The notes beneath the pieces are model-generated. The model did no database searches, was not told where the DNA came from, and saw only the letters and a program-made list of their open reading frames with translations. Below are positions 62,100 to 64,000 of a DNA stretch of 64,000 bases, piece by piece. Both the position numbers and the translations under genes were made by a program. How positions within the stretch are numbered: position 1 is the stretch's first letter; each line of letters starts with the position of its first letter. Source of the DNA: Lama guanicoe (lineage: Eukaryota). Location of the stretch: contig MU053588.1 of the NCBI GenBank assembly GCA_013239625.1, positions 1,265,988-1,329,987 of the forward strand, given 5' to 3'.

Positions 62100-62900
62100 G
62101 AAAATAAACATGTATGCAGTGGGTAGTGTCCCTCCGTGTTGTCACCTCCTCACATTGTGTGCTGCAGTGCGGTGCTTCTGGCTGTGTAGCGCTCCGTGTG
62201 CGTGTCTCCTGGTTATGAGGTGTGCCAGTGGCCCCACTATGCCCGCGCTTTTGGCCTTGGGAGCGCGCCCAGTTACCCGCCAGCCGGTAACTGTGTACCT
62301 CTGAGCTGTTTGGCTGTCTGGTTTTAGGTCTGTTTTGGTTTTTTGATTTTGTTGTTGTTGTTGCTGTGGTTTTGTTTTGGTTTTTTTTTTTTTGGTTTTT
62401 GATCTCCAGTTACAGATTATGTTGGCAGCCGGTGACTGCAGAAAAAATAAAAATATCAAAACAGAAAAAAAAAGGCCCTCCCCAAAGCAAAGGACTTAAA
62501 AACAAAGAACAAAAAAACCAAACCCACATGGCGAGGAATGGAGAGGATCCTATTGTCTTGGAGGCCCATGGAATCTACTTCAGTCTATGAAACGTTCTCC
62601 GAAAAGAGCGCCGCTGGCTGGCTGGGAGAGCTCTGTTCTCTGTGTTTCCTACTTCTGTGTACATTTTCGGGTTCAAGTTTGCTTGGATTTTGACTTTTTT
62701 TTTTAATGTTTAATAAGAAAGCAGTGTCTGCTGCCATGTTGCGTCTCTTTCTCTCTTTGTCTCTGTCTGTCTCTGTCTCTGTGCTTGTAGTTGTTCCTTG
62801 GAGCGCGGTGTGGTGTTCTTGATGTAGTGAGCTCAAGTCTGCGGCTGTTTCTGGGGACGTGGTGGAGGCTGCATGTTCTGTTCTCTCCAGGAAGAGCTAG
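62100..62900 (-). promoter_or_regulatory. CA-rich intronic cluster (hnRNP L binding sites; splicing enhancer for exon 6A)
   Basis: Dense TG/GT tracts on the plus strand (CA/ACA/CACA on the transcript) 150-950 nt upstream of exon 6A. Confidence 0.75.
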
Positions 62901-64000
62901 TGGTTTCTACCCTGTGTGTTGGTGACCAATGTGCAGAGGCAGAGCCGCTGAAGTCTGGTTCCCAAGGGGGTGGCGAAGCACCGCCCTCACTCCAGGTCAC
63001 CTCATCAGCTCTCGTTTTTTGACCCCCAGCCCGGGGGCGGCCAAAGCTGAGAGGCATCAAAACCAATGCATAGCCAGCCCCTGCACTAGCCCCTGCCGGT
63101 CTGCACATCTTCTATTTATGTTCCTTGGAGAAGAAATGGTTGGTTGCCATGTTTCTGTTAGCAGTCATGTAATGCCATTGCCCGCTCTGGTACATTCACT
63201 GGTCACCAATTTGCCTCTGACCTCTGGAGGGGGCAGCCAGCCCCACAGCGCCCATTTTGAGGGTCCTGGGTAAGAGTCTAGCCCACCCTGCCCACTGCTT
63301 CCCAGCTGCAAGGGTGAGCAAGACAGGCCTGCCTAGGAACGAGAGGCCTCTGGCTTCCCAGGGCCTGTGAGATGTCATCAACCAGCCTCCTCCCTCAGCC
63401 CATGGCCTAGTCCGACGTATCAGACCAAGACAGAAACAGAGATGGACGGTCTTGCTGAGGGGGTGCCGCCGTTTTTCAAAGGCAATCCTCCACCTCTCCC
63501 TCCTATCCAAGGCAAACCATTCTTGACAGGTTCTAGGAAGAGGGCTGTCCGTTTGGGCCCCCTGCAGAGATGATGCATCCCCTCTACAAGTGAGGTGAGG
63601 CTTGTCCGCCCTGTCGCAATCCAGGGTGTCTCACCTCCACAAGGTCAGCTTGCTCAAAGGCTCTGCTGCAAGGGCCCGGGAGCCCTCATCACCTCCCCAA
63701 CCTGTCCCCGCAAACAAGCAGCCCCTCTCAATAGTGGAGAGCAAACGGACCACACCTGGCCCAGTGAGAACGGAGAGTCAGTGACCCTAAGCAGGCTCCT
63801 AGAAGGGAAGCAGCAAAACCCTTCTGGGAGCTGCTACTGGTTTAGAAGCCATCGCCACGCCCTGTGCTCAGTGAGGCCCGGCTCCCCACCCTGCCCAGAC
63901 CTCTGCCTTGATGGTGCACCCTCGGCCGCAAAGGGGGCCACAAGCAGCAGCTGGGACCTACTGAGGCCCCTCATTCACCCTCTCCCACTGGAGTGTCTTT

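Overview
Mammalian genomic DNA, not prokaryotic. It is probably camelid, judged from about 12 tRNA-Ala-derived Vic-1-like SINEs; the species call is an inference. The window is syntenic with human 19q13.2. Gene order: CAPN12 (minus strand, coding exons 1-4, runs off the left edge), LGALS7 (minus) and a second LGALS7 copy (plus) arranged head-to-head, LGALS4 (minus, 10 exons, 323 aa), ECH1 (minus, 10 exons, 328 aa) and HNRNPL (minus, exons 7-13 plus the 70-nt poison exon 6A; 5' part off the right edge). All exon boundaries were read by hand from GT/AG sites and give intact reading frames. Main points of interest: (1) the two galectin-7 genes lie in a ~5.5-kb near-identical inverted repeat with a ~7-kb spacer, and it fades outward into ~0.85 kb of strongly diverged homology, which suggests an old palindrome kept identical by gene conversion; (2) ECH1 ends in SNL instead of the canonical peroxisomal signal SKL; (3) the hnRNP L autoregulatory module (CA cluster plus poison exon) and an in-frame 111-nt retainable intron are visible; (4) HNRNPL>ECH1 and ECH1>LGALS4 read-through splices would both be in frame. 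I see no convincing evidence of a wholly new gene system. Comparisons to human sequences and repeat family names are from memory, not from database searches.
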